This document shows positions 61,390 through 64,000 of a stretch of DNA of 64,000 nt, piece after piece (position 1 is the first letter of the stretch; every line of letters begins with the position of its first letter). The translations under genes and the position numbers were made by a program. Source of the stretch: Octopus bimaculoides (lineage: Eukaryota); the NCBI RefSeq assembly GCF_001194135.2, contig NC_068983.1, forward strand, positions 100,906,074 to 100,970,073, written 5' to 3'. The notes under the pieces were generated by a model. The model made no database searches. It was not told the origin of the DNA and saw nothing but the letters and a program-made list of their open reading frames with translations.

Positions 61390-62950
61390 GACTTAGGAGG
61401 GTAAAAAATGGCATTGAATCAAGTTAAGTTCAGATATCTTGTGTTGAAGAAATGCAGAGATAGAAGCAGGTTTATTTTCCTGGTCAGTAGTGTACTAATA
61501 CCATCCATCAGCAAGAAACCAGTGAAGAGCCTGGAAAAGGTGTTCTATAGCTGGCTGAGAGATACATTATTCATCTATGAAACTAACAAGGAATTAGAAA
61601 CCTGACTATCCATAGTGAACTAGTCAGATCTTCCTGGTAAGTTTAAGACCTGAATTAACTAGCATGGCATCCTCCAGTGGATTCTTTTATTCCTTCATGA
61701 ATCCACAATAGAAAAATTTGAGAGGAGAATCAGTGGATTCCTGCAGAAGTAACTGAAACTTCCTCAATGTCTGAAAAGTGTTGCCCTGTATGTAAAGTTG
61801 AAGCTCCCCATCTGCAGCCTCAGAAAGGAACTTGCAGTGTGGAGGTGTTGCAATATTGAGACTACTGTGACTTTAAAGTCTGTTAGGCTGGTATTGAGGT
61901 CAGAACAAAATTGAAGTGACAGGCAGTTGAGGCTATAAAGGCTGTAGAGTCATAAATAAGATGCAAGGCACTTGTGAGCATTGTAACTTGCAGAAGGGTT
62001 GACTTGGGAAGCAACAAAATACCTCACTATCACAAAGTATAAAGAAAGGTTAGGAGGCTGCTGATCCAGAATGAGGTGTGAACATCAAGTGAGGAGGAAT
62101 GAGTTAGCAGGCATGTAGAGATGAGGTGCCAGAGAGCCTGGCTAAGACAGGGCAAAACGCTGACTCTCGAAGTTCCATAGCATGATTTTTGGAGAGCAAA
62201 GCCTCACTGGATAAAGTTCCTAATTCAGGTAGTTTATTATGTCCTACCAGGCTGCTCCAGCTTGTTCTGTTGTGTTAAGTCAAAGTCACCAGCTTTCCTC
62301 ACCCCCTGTGCCAGAGGAGAATAATCCTGGAACATGTCCACTCTGGCTATCCAAAAGTCCTGTTAGAGGGACACTACTACTGGAGGCATGACCAGGTTCT
62401 GAAGGTCATAGCCAACACCATCTAAAGTGAGATTAGCCATTTTAGCAGTTGAAATTGCTAAAATCTGTCATCTCAACTTCATTAGGGTCAGATATAGAGC
62501 TGATCTCCGAATTATCCATGCAGGTTGTTCCATCAGAATTCTCCATTCACTGGGAGGACAGTATTGAAAGTAAGAGAAAGAAATATGTTGAGCTGGTGGA
62601 GGTATGTCATAACTAGCCAGCAAGGTGTGACCTCATTGAGGTAGGATGTAGAGGGTTTGAAGGTCAGACCCTCTGTCCCTCTGTAGATCTTACAACATGC
62701 TGGGCATCACAGAAGCTAATAAGTTGGCAATAGCAGCAGCAGAGGTTGCCTCAAGGTGGCTGTAGATCAGAAGGTGCAAGCTCTGGAAGGGGCAGTGCTA
62801 CCAGGTGTAGTGCTAATTGGTCACAAGTTGGGACTTGATAAATCCTAGCAGGGTCATCTAGATGAAGGTATCTGATTGTTCAAAGACCTAAAACCTGTTG
62901 TGACCCCAAGAAACATAACTGATGATGTGTCCAAATGTGTCACAGGATGA
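61390..62950 (+). mobile_element. Degraded HERO-like LINE (RT C-terminus, zinc knuckle, RLE, 3'UTR)
   Basis: DLPGKFKT, HYYWRHDQVLKVIA, WEDSIESKRKKYVELV, IEVGCRGF and AAEVASRWL motifs; 3'UTR ending CTGATGATGTGTCC. Confidence 0.8.
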
Positions 62951-63678
62951 TACATGTAAAAGCAGTCCTTTACCTACTCTAGAACATTTGAACTACAACT
63001 GGATGTGAAACACACACACACTCATGCATACATATACACACACATGCACAAGCATGCACACGCGCACACACACACACACACACACACATAATTGGCTTAA
63101 CTGATTAGGGTAACGGAAATTTCTGAAACTGATGTGTCAGTCTTAAGAATTCTCGGTCGGTTAGTTTATATGTATACTTGGTTAGTGTATATGTTTTCAT
63201 TCATGTGTGTTAACTACAGCATTAGAGCATTTTAGCCTTTATTTCTAGGAATGTAGGTGTTTTTTAACACCCTAGTCACATTTAGTGACAATTACAATTC
63301 TCCTTTTTGGTGAAACAATGCAACTTGCTGTTTACATCAATTTTGTGTATACACATTAGCGAATTGCTAAGTCATCCATTAATTTGGAAGATGAAAATAT
63401 ATATGCTAATATAGAAACAGGTCCAGAAATAATCAAACACTGAACTGTCTTAACTGATGACGGCAATGGAAATTGCCAAAAATGACCTGTCAGTCTTAAG
63501 AGTGCTTGGTTGGTAGTTTTCAGATAATTATGGTTCTTGTTAGTGTATATGTTTTCATTCCTGTGTGTTAAGTACAGCATTAGAGCATTTTGTAGGTGCT
63601 TTTTAACATCCTAGTCACATTTAGTGACAATTTTAATTCTTCTTTTTGATGAAACATTGCAGCCTGCTATTTACATTG

Positions 63679-63713
<35 letters not shown>

Positions 63714-63716
<3 letters not shown>

Positions 63717-64000
63717 GCTGGAGACTTCAACGGTCATGTCGGACGTCGTGCTGGGGGCTTCCATGGCATACATGGAGGCTATGGCTTCGGTTCCCGCAAC
63801 GAGGAGGGAACCAGACTGCTGGAGTTCTGTGATGCAACCAATCTTATAGTCTGCAATACCAACTTCAGGAAACCTGCCAGTCACCTAGTCACCTACCGCT
63901 CCGGCAGACACTCTAGCCAAATCGACTACATCCTCGCCAGAAATAGGGAAAGAGGGCGGCTTATAAATGCCAAAACCTACCCTGGCGAAGAATGTACCCC
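63714..64000 (+). mobile_element. Young RTE LINE, endonuclease region, open frame running off the window
   Basis: VAGDFNGHVGRRAGGFHGIHGGYGFGSRNEEGTRLLEFCDATNLIVCNTNFRKPASHLVTYRSGRHSSQIDYILAR...GEECT with no stops and CpGs retained. Confidence 0.93.

Overview
This is animal nuclear DNA, AT-rich and repeat-dense, with 7 N-gaps. The repeat landscape resembles an octopod/coleoid cephalopod, which is an inference and not a database match. One complete protein-coding gene can be supported: a 10-exon COP9 signalosome subunit 6 (CSN6/COPS6, catalytically inactive MPN domain) on the + strand, ATG 7965 to TAA 29812, 322 aa, with all introns GT-AG and phases consistent. The rest is transposable elements and microsatellites. 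Retroelements include several tRNA-derived SINE families, many RTE LINE pieces, an L1/Tx1-type fragment, three HERO-like (restriction-like endonuclease) LINE fragments and a probable solo LTR. DNA transposons include a near full-length Tc1-type element with DD36E spacing (Incomer-like), internally deleted mariner and piggyBac elements, DD37D (maT) remnants, a Chapaev/CMC transposase fragment fused to an RTE fragment, and MITEs. Most short ORFs in the supplied track are artefacts of microsatellites, N-gaps or antisense TE sequence. I found no convincing new multi-gene system. The best leads are the DD36E element, the HERO fragments, the duplicated promoter-region module, the RTE-Chapaev junction and a candidate NUMT.
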